A DNA stretch of 64,000 nt from Halovenus sp. (GCA_003551945.1 PUNZ01000158.1:4354-68353), one strand, 5' to 3'. Positions 31,328-40,671 are shown, numbered from the stretch's first letter. A program made the numbers and translations. Notes: a model not told the origin generated them from the letters alone.

Positions 31328-32062
31328 TTAGTTACTGTCAGTAATCAACAGCCAGTCACGAACGAAACCAACGATGAACGGAATCATCGCTGCCGTGGCC
31401 AGCCAGTATGCGATCTGAGTAGTGATGGCCGGTGTAAGCAAGAAAAATACAACAAACATCATCATGGCCCCCAACAGGCGGCGACTTTGTCGAGGTGGCA
31501 GTGGCTCAACTGGTTTTCCACGTAACTGACGGAAGGTAATGCCAGCGACGAACATGTATCTGGCAACACCGACAGCGATGAAATAGACCGGTGCCATTCC
31601 AAATCTGATGGCAAGCAACGAACCAAGCAACAACGCAAGCGCATCTATTTCAACATCGAGTCGAGCGCCAAATGCCGAAGTCGAATTAGTTGCCCGAGCG
31701 ATGGCACCGTCAACCGCATCAAACAGCGTCCCAATGGCAAACAACACTGCGGGAAGCCAAGCAACACCACCACCCGGTTGTCCTGTAATAAGAAACCCAG
31801 AAAGGAGGACGATGGCAGCCCCACGCAATACCGTAATGAGGGTCGCGAAGGTGAATGGCTGTGGACCGTTAACCTTCGTCGTTTGCGTATACGCATGTCG
31901 AAACAGGAGGAATTCGAACGCAAGCACGACTCCAATTACTGCGACGAACGGTATGCCGACCGGCCAATAAGCGACCAGCCCCGCCGTGACAGAAATTACC
32001 ACGACAAAGCTAGCGAGCGAAGCAATGGTCCAGGGAGCAACCTGTGGTTTCGTGAGGGTCAT
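31328..32062 (-). CDS. CDP-alcohol phosphatidyltransferase family protein
   Basis: DAVDGAIAR...SAFGARLDVEID signature. Confidence 0.9.
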   Translation of the reverse strand: MTLTKPQVAPWTIASLASFVVVISVTAGLVAYWPVGIPFVAVIGVVLAFEFLLFRHAYTQTTKVNGPQPFTFATLITVLRGAAIVLLSGFLITGQPGGGVAWLPAVLFAIGTLFDAVDGAIARATNSTSAFGARLDVEIDALALLLGSLLAIRFGMAPVYFIAVGVARYMFVAGITFRQLRGKPVEPLPPRQSRRLLGAMMMFVVFFLLTPAITTQIAYWLATAAMIPFIVGFVRDWLLITDSN

Positions 32063-32256
32063 GATGTGGACTTTTGAGACAGCACATTACGGAGTTCCAT
32101 GACCACCAGCAGTTGCACCGTTTCACTGAACGGTGGCGTACTCCTCGACAGCCACATCGCGAGATGAGGCAAACCAGTCAGTACGGCCAGCAGAACTGCC
32201 GCCCAGCCTCCCGGCGTGAACGACTCAATCTCCGTCCTGCGAGGACTGTTCAGCAT
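32059..32256 (-). CDS. Possible small or degenerate membrane protein
   Basis: MLNSPRRTEIESFTPGGWAAVLLAVLTGLPHL resembles the N-terminus of a small haloarchaeal membrane family; stop overlaps the next ATG. Confidence 0.3.
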   Translation of the reverse strand: MLNSPRRTEIESFTPGGWAAVLLAVLTGLPHLAMWLSRSTPPFSETVQLLVVMELRNVLSQKSTS

Positions 32257-32281
32257 CAGATTGTGATTAGTGGCAACACCC

Positions 32282-33184
32282 TTAACTCCAGTTATCAACG
32301 ACCCGTCCAACCTGTCTGGAAAGCCACTTTTGGGTTTGGCGGTGAAGCTGTGTTCGGCCATAAGGTGTTGTAGCAACCGACCCAAGATTGATTGCTGACT
32401 GTGCCACCCACAGGAGTTGGAGCTGTTGAACTCGCGTGGAATAATTGTCTGGCATCGGTGCGTGTTGTTCGTATCCCTCTCTGAAATGTTGCCTCAGAGT
32501 CGCTTTCTACCGGACTGGCGGGAGATCGATAAACCGTGCCTCAGCTCTAGCGAGTGAATAGCCAGCATCAGTAACATGTGCGTTCCCCCAGTCGAGAACA
32601 GCCGACACCGAGCCAGATTCCGTAAGGAGATTCCCAGGGTGATAATCACCGTGAGCCAACACTGGCTGCCATGCGTTCGACCGAGACGGGTGCCGCGCGA
32701 CCAAATTCTTCAATCCCGGTGGTTGAGTGGTTAGCTCACCGGCTTCCCTGGTGAATTCCCCAAGTGAGTCAAAGCACCATGCATCATGGAGTTGACCGAG
32801 TAACTGACCGGCCTGACTGACAACTGGCTCGTAAGAACGCAACTCGAACCCGTCTGGAACAGAACCTTCACAGTACTCATACAGCCCCCACCGTCTGGGC
32901 CCCCTGATGGTTTGGACAGACCCAGAAGCGATGACAGCCGGGACTGGCAGCGACGTATGCTGGCCGATATAGCAAGTGACTTCTGGTTCGATAACCTCAC
33001 CCGTCCAGATATTACCGCCCCCGATTTTACAGACCACTTTGGCTGGGCAATCCCGCCGTCCATCACGCAGATGAAGCAGGTACGTCTCGGCGACCGCAAC
33101 GGTCTGCGGAGTGACACACTGCGCAACGGTCGCACCGAGCGCCCGCTCGACAATCCGAGAAACCGTCGCAGGGGCCTGTTTCAC
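32282..33184 (-). pseudogene. Aminoglycoside/choline phosphotransferase-family gene interrupted by an in-frame TAG
   Basis: HGDYHPGN and LDWG motifs; TAG at 32507-32509, same frame continues 74 codons (KATLRQHFREGYEQHAPMP...) to TAA at 32282; start uncertain. Confidence 0.7.
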
Positions 33185-33270
33185 AGTATAGTTGTGCGGA
33201 GCCACAATGGTATGTGTTTGGCTTTCTTTCAGGGTTGCTGACAACCGAAACAGTAAATCAAAAGAGTGTC

Positions 33271-34056
33271 GTGAAATCAGACGTGCAGAGAGACAACTGG
33301 CTCAACCGGGTGAAAACAACCGCTTCAGAGGTCAAGACTCAGCTACGGTATCTCGCTTCCCGAGGGTACGTTGAACTCGTCAGACGAAATTACGAACATC
33401 AGGTGATTACCCGGACGAACCGAACACCGGCAGGAGCCTTCCAGAGTTATGAACTGGTCAATCGCCATGGAAGTGACCCGATGCTCAAAGCGATGGGCGA
33501 GTTCTGTGAGCCCGATGCAACAATCTATGATATCGGAGCCAACGTTGGGATATACTCGGTTGCGCTTGCGTCAGCCGAACCGGACCGAACGGTGATTGCA
33601 TTCGAGCCGGCACCTGTCACTGTTTCCTCTCTCAAAGCGACGGTTGCGTGTAACGACCTTGCTGACCAGGTTACCATTCAGCAGTGTGGGGTTGGTGCAA
33701 CTAATGAAGAGCGGTCATTTTACTGCTCAACGCTTCCAGAGCTTTCTGGATTCAGCCGAGAAGGTGCAACTCGGTGGGGTGCACATATCGCAGAAGTCGT
33801 ACCAGTTCCTGTTTGCCGACTGGGAACCATTGATGAAACCCTCCCGTCCCCAGACGTGATTAAAATAGATGTGGAAGGTACTGGTCCCGCGGTGCTTCGA
33901 GGAGCTCAAGAGATGATAACGGAGACCAGACCTGTTTTTTTCATTGAGCCCCACGATGAGGAACTGTCCGAATCACAGGAGATGCGGGAGTTGTTACTCG
34001 ATTTCGACTATCGAATTGAAGTCTATGATTCGTACTGGCGTTGTTTGCCGGAGTGA
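33271..34056 (+). CDS. FkbM family methyltransferase
   Basis: YDIGANVG, AFEP, IKIDVEG motifs; start uncertain. Confidence 0.88.
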   Translation: MKSDVQRDNWLNRVKTTASEVKTQLRYLASRGYVELVRRNYEHQVITRTNRTPAGAFQSYELVNRHGSDPMLKAMGEFCEPDATIYDIGANVGIYSVALASAEPDRTVIAFEPAPVTVSSLKATVACNDLADQVTIQQCGVGATNEERSFYCSTLPELSGFSREGATRWGAHIAEVVPVPVCRLGTIDETLPSPDVIKIDVEGTGPAVLRGAQEMITETRPVFFIEPHDEELSESQEMRELLLDFDYRIEVYDSYWRCLPE

Positions 34057-34212
34057 AGCGGTCAGTCAGTGAGATGACCGGAGACTGGTGTAATGCAACA
34101 TCTTGTCCTCGGTAACTAGAACCTAATCGGTCAGTTATCAGCTCCCGCCTCGAATAGATTTACGTGCATATCCCTCCGAAACGGCTACCTTTCCATAGCC
34201 AAAACGAGCCGT

Positions 34213-34428
34213 ATGGACGAACCAAGCAAGACAGTTCGTTATCTTACGTGGCTCGGCGAACTTGACCCCTTCTACCGGATTCTTGTCTATCTTGGCATAC
34301 TCGCTGGGCTGAGCCTAATTGGTGCATCACTTGCTGCAGAAGAACCCGTTTTCCTGTTCGTAGGTATTTTCTGGCTCGTCGTTGGCTCAGTGGTCGTCTG
34401 GTTTGCAACACGGTTTGAATCGGACTAA
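34213..34428 (+). CDS. Small 2-TM hypothetical protein
   Basis: 71 aa, two hydrophobic helices. Confidence 0.6.
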   Translation: MDEPSKTVRYLTWLGELDPFYRILVYLGILAGLSLIGASLAAEEPVFLFVGIFWLVVGSVVVWFATRFESD

Positions 34429-34883
34429 TGAAGGTGTCAGCCCGGATCACCAAACTTGACCTGCCGTAACCGTCCTTTTTACGACCTTTCATTGTGATTT
34501 TGTTGTCTCGTCGCAGGGGTGAAAGCTAATATCGCCACGAGGAGATAACCGATACCGTTTGCTGTCAGTGCGAGTAACTCGACTGCCGGGAGCGCCCAGC
34601 TAGAAGTCCCCTCGGGCATCGCCAGCCTGAACCTCGATAGCGACATGGTGATCCGGGCGATACTGAACGGCGACATAAACAGTCGTTCGAGGGTGACCTA
34701 CTGGGCTTCGCACACCACATTACTGGCCTCGTCGAAATACGTCACGGTCACTGTAGTCAACAGAAACGTTCCATCATTCCCGAATCAAAACTGGGATGGC
34801 GTTCCAGTGTGTTTGGCTTTGCAAGACTCATTTTTGGGGTCTATCGATTGTTGGCCACGGTTACAATCGCCAGAAGAAAGCGA

Positions 34884-35109
34884 TGCGCGGGACCGGAGTT
34901 GAACCGCGAGTACTTCGCTCTGCTCTCCCTCTGGGCTGCAAATCCTTGTGCGCATTTATGGCTCAGGGGTTGTTCGCCGTAAAATGTGCGGAAACGGATT
35001 TGAACCACGCCCGAAAACCTGTGCCTCCGGCAAAGAACCTCGGTCTACCACAAATCCACTCCTGCTCTCTCACTGCAAACAGCTCGCTACGCTCACAGTT
35101 TTTGTTCAG
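34884..35109 (-). repeat. Two tandem units downstream of tRNA-Leu, each ending in a copy of the tRNA 3' end
   Basis: TGCGCGGGACCGGAGTTGAACCG at 34884 (22/23 match to 35110-35132) and TGTGCGGAAACGGATTTGAACC at 34985 (19/22); each unit also holds an inverted CAAATCC. Confidence 0.85.
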
Positions 35110-35194
35110 TGCGCGGGACCGGATTTGAACCGGCGGACCCCTACGGGACAGCGTCCTAAGCGCTGCACCTTTGGCCTGGCTCGGCTACCCGCGC
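35110..35194 (-). tRNA. tRNA-Leu (TAG)
   Basis: Reverse complement GCGCGGGTAGCCGAGCCAGGCCAAAGGTGCAGCGC-TTAGGA-CGCTG...GTTCAAATCCGGTCCCGCGCA; long variable arm. Confidence 0.96.
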
Positions 35195-35262
35195 GCACTT
35201 ATCCGTACTCGAAGCAGCCAAAAGAACGCTTCGTTCTGCGTCGGCTTCCTGTCAAACACGAG

Positions 35263-35958
35263 TTACTCACTCATCTGCTGGATTTCATTGGCAAGCGACA
35301 CATCATTTCGTAGCGTACTAATGTCGATGATAACACCAACGAAGTGGGTTGGTGTCTCTCCATAATAGATACCTGTCCCCGTTTCTAGAACCCATTTTTC
35401 GGAATTATCTGCAGTGAGAAGGCGATAGACGACAGAAAAGACCTCTCCGTTGCGCAACGCTTTTTGAGCGATTTCAGCCACACGCTTTCTATCATCAGGA
35501 TGGATGAGGTCAAATCCAAAGGTTACACCACCAACAACGAACGCATTGGGCTCGTACCCAGTCAGTTCACGACAATGATTGCTGATGAACTCAATCGGCC
35601 ACCCTGGTTCGTTTCGTGATTGATACACCGTACAGGGGAGCCTGTCGATAAATTCCTGAAACTGCAATCGCATCGGGTCCGTCCCAAATGACGGTGGAAG
35701 CCTACTCGTTGAGTGAGACGCAGCCACTTCTCGAAAGCGCATTCGGTCAATGTAGATCTCTCCATCTGATGTGACAGTGACTTCATGGTCAGGAACAGTA
35801 AAGGTAAGCTCACCGTTCATCCTCCCTGATACCGTTTTTATCAGCAATTCCGGCTCCACATACTCACTTAACGAATATGGCAACTCCTCCGGGTCTATCC
35901 CCTCCGCCTGAGTGAGTGCCAGTATAACCTCGTAAATAATCGCATCACTCCTTGTCAT
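35263..35958 (-). CDS. HalOD1 output domain plus PAS domain protein
   Basis: EGIDPEEL..SLSEYVEPE...FTV...VTV HalOD1 pattern; PAS ELTGYEP, IHPDDR, YRL...KWV. Confidence 0.82.
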   Translation of the reverse strand: MTRSDAIIYEVILALTQAEGIDPEELPYSLSEYVEPELLIKTVSGRMNGELTFTVPDHEVTVTSDGEIYIDRMRFREVAASHSTSRLPPSFGTDPMRLQFQEFIDRLPCTVYQSRNEPGWPIEFISNHCRELTGYEPNAFVVGGVTFGFDLIHPDDRKRVAEIAQKALRNGEVFSVVYRLLTADNSEKWVLETGTGIYYGETPTHFVGVIIDISTLRNDVSLANEIQQMSE

Positions 35959-36225
35959 ACCAATGAAATTTGCACGATACAGACTCCTCTCATACGTGTT
36001 TCAGGAAACATTACCAAACGTTTGACTCTCGGAAGTTGTTAGGACGGACCAGTGTGAGCGAACCAAGAGTTGAGTCCCAAGACTCTCTGTCCAGCCAGCA
36101 ATCAATTCACTCTTGACACCCCAGTGCATGTTCAAACAAGAGCAAGCATCCATAGTAAAACTGTCGTGGAAAATACAACACAGACATACCACATTCTGGC
36201 AGAAAAGTTACTTAGTTATTGGAAG

Positions 36226-36870
36226 TTACTGCTCAATACACTCCATATCGGGGGGCGAAATCGGCTCAGTCTCTCCCCATGAGTGGAACTGAATAATTCC
36301 ACCGTCGTCGTCGGATTCAAATTGGATTGGGTAGCCAGTGTCAGTACTGAGATAGAGTGAGCCGTCGTCGACAGTAAATCGATACGCCTCTTGCCCATCA
36401 ATAGTCACAACTTCGTCTGGGGTGACATCTCCAAACTCCTCAACTAACCGCTCTGGTTCAAATATTTCCTCGTCCGAACTGCCAGTCGGGATGAAACACT
36501 CTCCATCGACGACAATGTACTCTTCCGTCCCAATGCGGTACACCTCCATTTCCATCCCGTTAACAGACCAGGCGGTGTATGAATCGTCTTCGTAGAATCT
36601 CACTGTCCCACTTCCGAGCGGAACCGCAAGCTCCATCACATAGGATGATTCCCACGCAAGTATCTCCGCAAGCGTTCTCGTCTCATCCGGCTCGTCATCA
36701 TGGTCATCGTCCGGTTCCGTATCATCGCCAGCGGTGTCATCATCATCAGTATCCGGCAATGGCTCATCATCACTATCCAGACAGCCTGCAATCCCGGTAA
36801 GTGCGCCGACAAGTGCAACGTGAAGCACTCGACGTCGTCGGGCAGAGAACGCATCAGACGTTGTCTTCAT
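36226..36870 (-). CDS. Tat-exported lipoprotein of unknown function
   Basis: RRRR plus IAGC lipobox, acidic linker, beta-rich domain. Confidence 0.75.
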   Translation of the reverse strand: MKTTSDAFSARRRRVLHVALVGALTGIAGCLDSDDEPLPDTDDDDTAGDDTEPDDDHDDEPDETRTLAEILAWESSYVMELAVPLGSGTVRFYEDDSYTAWSVNGMEMEVYRIGTEEYIVVDGECFIPTGSSDEEIFEPERLVEEFGDVTPDEVVTIDGQEAYRFTVDDGSLYLSTDTGYPIQFESDDDGGIIQFHSWGETEPISPPDMECIEQ

Positions 36871-36947
36871 GCAAAGAAGATGTCGTCTCTCAAAATAAAG
36901 ACGTCGACGGGGTCACACGAAGACAGAGAATAATCACTGCACCCAAT

Positions 36948-36954
36948 TTTTAAG
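36948..36954 (+). promoter_or_regulatory. TATA box for the TFIIB-cyclin gene
   Basis: TTTTAAG about 27 nt upstream of GTG 36978. Confidence 0.5.
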
Positions 36955-36977
36955 TTGAGCTACCGCTAGCTTTCTCT

Positions 36978-37283
36978 GTGTATCGCGCCCGCGATGAACT
37001 GGATAACGCAGAGTGGCTTGAGCAACTCGAAGATGCTGCCGACCGACTTGAACTCAGTACCAGCGCTCGCTCTCGCGCTCGCGACATCTTTCTCACGACA
37101 GCCCCGACACACCGCTCAAAACAAACCACGCTCGCTGCCTCGCTTTACGTCGGTGCACTGGTCGAAAGCGATGAACGCTCACAGACGGCAGTTGCAGACG
37201 CTGTCGGCGTCTCACGTCTGACAGTCCAAAAATATTGGAAAGAACATCTCAAAGCTGCTGGACTTGAACCGCCAGAGTGGTAA
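36978..37283 (+). CDS. TFIIB-type single cyclin-domain protein
   Basis: AASLY...RSQTAVADAVGVSRLTV pattern of the TFB C-terminal repeat. Confidence 0.8.
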   Translation: MYRARDELDNAEWLEQLEDAADRLELSTSARSRARDIFLTTAPTHRSKQTTLAASLYVGALVESDERSQTAVADAVGVSRLTVQKYWKEHLKAAGLEPPEW

Positions 37284-37560
37284 TAGGTGATGGCATCTCG
37301 AAGTTCGTCCATCGCGTCCGGCTCGCCGCGCAGATGGCCCTTCACCTTCTTGTAAGGTTTCGGGCTGATGCGGACTTGGACGCGGTTCGTGTCGTCGTCA
37401 ACGGTAAGGCGATAGCCTACCGTGTGCGCCATCACGAGCGGGTACGAACCAGATTTGTCCGTGCTTGGCGGTGTTGGCTTGCCGCCATCAGGGTCATCCT
37501 GTTCACGCCACCAGTCTCTGAGGGATTGGTAGGAGTCCCATGTTTGGAGGGCTTTGCCGA
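37284..37560 (-). pseudogene. tnpB: TnpB-like N-terminal/central fragment
   Basis: GKALQTWDSYQSL...PTPPST...YPLVM...VRISP resembles the TnpB N-terminal region; no start, no RuvC. Confidence 0.6.
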
Positions 37561-37795
37561 CGACCACGTACACCTGTTCGTCCAGTGTGACCCGAAGCAC
37601 AGTCCGGCATACAGCGCTCGCCAATTCAAGTCGTACTCTGGCAAACACTTACTGGAGCGGAATCCCGAAATTAGGGAGTCATATTTCTGGGGTGGCGGAT
37701 TCTGGAAGGTTGGGTACTACGTGGGAACGACGGGAGCAGTATCGGAGGAAGTGGTTGAACGGTATATCGAAGAGACGGAACACACGCCGGAGTGA
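37555..37795 (+). pseudogene. tnpA: IS200-type Y1 transposase, C-terminal half
   Basis: DHVHLF (HUH), FKSYSG, FWKVGYYVGT, VERYIE (catalytic Tyr); N-terminus missing. Confidence 0.88.
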
Positions 37796-37896
37796 CGCGC
37801 TTCACCCCCGCCCACGGTGTTGACGCAAATCGAAGATTTGCGAAAGCCGAAAACCTATGGTTTTCGGAAGGGCGGGGAACTCGCGCTGCCTTTCTT

Positions 37897-38964
37897 TTAG
37901 AACTCCGTACAGACCGGAATCCCCATCGTGTCGTACTCACCCATCCGCTCCATGACGGCCGGAACCTCTTCGAGCGAACACGTCTCCGAAACGATTGCAG
38001 AGGGGTCAATTTTCCCGCCTTCCATCATCCGGAAGATATCCTCGTATTCATGGGGTGGCATGCCGTAGGAGCCGTAAAACTCCCGTTCATCCTGAACGAT
38101 ATTATCGACAGGAAGCGCAACCTCACCACCTTCATCTGCTGTTGTCATCCCGAGCTGAAGGTGTTGACCACCCGGTGCGAGACAGTTCACTGAGTCCTGA
38201 ATAGTCTGTGCAATTCCCAGTGCTTCAACTGATATTTCGACACCTCGGCTGCCGTCAGTGAGCTTTTTTACAGCCTGTGGAACGTCCTGCACCTCAGTTG
38301 AGTCAATTGTTTCGACAGCACCCAGGTCTGTCGCTTTGTCGAGTTTCTCCGAGACAATATCTATCGCAATTACGTTTCCACCAAGCGCGCTCGCAACGTG
38401 CACTGCTGAGAGTCCGACGCCACCACAACCGTGAACGGCGACCCAATCGCCAGGTGAGATGTCGACGCGTCGGGCGACCCCGTGAAACGCCGTTGCAAAC
38501 CGACAGCCAAGTCCCGCAACATCTTTTGCATCGATGTCTTCCGGGACTGGGACGAGATTCTGGTCGGCAATCCGAACCGGATATTCCTCCGCGAACGCCC
38601 CTGGTTGGAACCCGATAAACCCCATCGGAACGGATCGCTCACAGATATTTGCGCGGCCTGCCTGACAGTATGGACAGGTTCCGTCACTCAGATTAAATGG
38701 GTTTGTCACCCGGTCACCGACGCTAAATCGCTCCACATTCTCGCCGACCTCGACAATCCGACCAACTGGTTCGTGACCGAAAATCAACCCTGGTGTCGGC
38801 ATCATCCCAATCCAACTCCAATCTCCCTGCCACGCATGCCAGTCACTGCGACAGATGCCGCAGGCCTCCGTCTCAACAACGACCCCGTCAGCATCACACT
38901 CTGGGCGGTCCACTTCTTTCACTTCAAGCGGCTCTTTTGCCCCCTGGAAAACCACTGCTTTCAT
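37897..38964 (-). CDS. Zinc-dependent alcohol dehydrogenase
   Basis: CRSDWH, GHE, CPYC...C, GCGGVG. Confidence 0.92.
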   Translation of the reverse strand: MKAVVFQGAKEPLEVKEVDRPECDADGVVVETEACGICRSDWHAWQGDWSWIGMMPTPGLIFGHEPVGRIVEVGENVERFSVGDRVTNPFNLSDGTCPYCQAGRANICERSVPMGFIGFQPGAFAEEYPVRIADQNLVPVPEDIDAKDVAGLGCRFATAFHGVARRVDISPGDWVAVHGCGGVGLSAVHVASALGGNVIAIDIVSEKLDKATDLGAVETIDSTEVQDVPQAVKKLTDGSRGVEISVEALGIAQTIQDSVNCLAPGGQHLQLGMTTADEGGEVALPVDNIVQDEREFYGSYGMPPHEYEDIFRMMEGGKIDPSAIVSETCSLEEVPAVMERMGEYDTMGIPVCTEF

Positions 38965-39102
38965 AGCTCATCTTCTGGCCCCAACACTCATATATGTGTC
39001 GGATACAATTTATAAATAATATTACTTTAGTTGAGACTGGCGCTAATAGCATTGCGTATGGCGGCGTACTGCTGTTTTAACCAGTCACAATAACGGCTTC
39101 AC

Positions 39103-40671
39103 TCAGAACTTTGGTATATCACCAAGGTTGATATTGACCGTCTTTGTTTGCGAGTAATCGTCGAGCGCTTCCTCTGCGAGTTCACGTCCCATTCCGCTTT
39201 CCTTATATCCACCGTGCGGAGCAGGCTCAAGGAGGTCGTTGTACGTGTTGACCCAAACCGTTCCAGCCTCAAGCGCCGCCGCAACCTCGTGGGCGTCGTT
39301 GAGATCTTGCGTCCAGACAGCACCTGCCAGCCCAAAGTCGGTGTTGTTTGCTCGCTCAATGACCTCATCCCGGTCACTCCATTCCAAGACAGTCAGCACC
39401 GGTCCAAAGACCTCTTCACAGGCAACAGTTGCATCATCGTCAACGTCGGTCAACACCGTTGGCTGGACGAACGGTGCGCCTGCCGTATCGCTTGCTTCCT
39501 TACCGGCAACTGTCTCATCGTCAACATGGCCCGTCAGCACTGTGGCTCCGTCAGCAATCGCCCCTTCAATGTAGTCGAGGACCTCCGCCTGATGTTCGTG
39601 GTCTATCATCGGGCCGATGTCAGTCATCGGCGCTAGCGGGTCCCCAACTTGGAGGTCCTCGATACGGTCGGTCAACATATCGAGAAATTCGTCTTTGATA
39701 TCTTCGTGCAAAAACAACCGCGAACCGGCAGTACATTGCTGACCAGAGTTGAAAAAGATGCTCACAAGTGTTCCCTCAAGCGCCTTTTCTAGGTCTGCAT
39801 CGGGGAAGATGATGTTCGGACTTTTTCCACCAAGTTCGACAGAGACAGGAGTGATTGTCGGTGCTGCGTTCGTGATGGTGGCGACGCCAGCCCCTTTCGA
39901 GCCCGTCAGGGTGACCTTGTTGACGTCCTCGTGTGTTGAAATTGCGGAGCCAACCTCTCCTCCGGGGCCGGTCACAATGTTCACGGTTCCCGGCGGCAGC
40001 ACCCGATCACAGATTCGGATGATTTCAAGTGACGATAACACTGCCTTCGAGGCTGGCTTGAACACGACTGTGTTTCCCGCAGCCAGTGCTGGTCCGAGTT
40101 TCCACGCGACGAACATCGCTGGAAAGTTCCACGCGGAAATTGCACCGACAACCCCGTAGGGCTCACGCCGAGTCACGATTCGTTTATCCTCACCTGAGGG
40201 AACTGCCCGACCTTCGTTTGCTGTCCGCGCCAGCGCGGCGAAATATCGGAACTGTTCAAGCAGAACCTCTGAGTCGACAAACCGCGAGTGCATGTTTGGC
40301 TTGCCAGCCTCCAGACTATCGAGTTTCGCAATGTCGGTCTGTGCATCTTCCAGCCGCTCAACAATCTCTTCCAGTTTTTCCGCTCGCTGTCGCGGTGAGA
40401 GTTGTCCCCATGTACCATCCAGCGCATCCTGGGCCGCTTCAACGGCCTTATCTACATCTTCCTTGGTCCCAATCTGAACCGTTGCCAGCGTCTCTCCGGT
40501 CGTTGGGTCAATCGCAGGCCCAGTCTCCCCACTTGTTGATTCAACCCACTCACCACCGATGAGTTGTCCGTACTCCGTTTTCGACAGCACTGATTCAGCT
40601 TGGCTGCGGTGTTTTTCGCGGATTGCGTCCGATACGTCGTAGCGGTCAATGTCGTAATAGCGTTCTTGCAT
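39103..40671 (-). CDS. Aldehyde dehydrogenase
   Basis: WNFP, ELGGKSP, GQQC catalytic Cys, EEVFGP, GGYKESG. Confidence 0.95.
   Translation of the reverse strand: MQERYYDIDRYDVSDAIREKHRSQAESVLSKTEYGQLIGGEWVESTSGETGPAIDPTTGETLATVQIGTKEDVDKAVEAAQDALDGTWGQLSPRQRAEKLEEIVERLEDAQTDIAKLDSLEAGKPNMHSRFVDSEVLLEQFRYFAALARTANEGRAVPSGEDKRIVTRREPYGVVGAISAWNFPAMFVAWKLGPALAAGNTVVFKPASKAVLSSLEIIRICDRVLPPGTVNIVTGPGGEVGSAISTHEDVNKVTLTGSKGAGVATITNAAPTITPVSVELGGKSPNIIFPDADLEKALEGTLVSIFFNSGQQCTAGSRLFLHEDIKDEFLDMLTDRIEDLQVGDPLAPMTDIGPMIDHEHQAEVLDYIEGAIADGATVLTGHVDDETVAGKEASDTAGAPFVQPTVLTDVDDDATVACEEVFGPVLTVLEWSDRDEVIERANNTDFGLAGAVWTQDLNDAHEVAAALEAGTVWVNTYNDLLEPAPHGGYKESGMGRELAEEALDDYSQTKTVNINLGDIPKF

Larger units (their letters stand above)
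37284..37890. mobile_element. Internally deleted IS200/IS605-family element remnant
   Basis: Divergent tnpB (minus) and tnpA (plus) fragments fused at ~37555; terminal hairpin at 37797-37886. Confidence 0.85.

Noticed and set aside
32507-32509. Pyrrolysine or genome-wide amber recoding
   Set aside because: TAG terminates aspS and dapD at their expected ends and no pyl genes are visible; a nonsense mutation is simpler
34479-34800. Possible gene remnant downstream of the tRNA-Leu repeats
   Set aside because: Contains stops and no recognisable family; cannot be supported from sequence alone
34884-35132. Repeats near tRNA-Leu as a CRISPR array
   Set aside because: The repeats are degenerate tRNA 3' ends, spacing is ~100-125 nt, and there are no cas genes in the window
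37277-37795. Intact 172-aa transposase
   Set aside because: The N-terminal half is antisense tnpB sequence; the real TnpA N-terminus is missing
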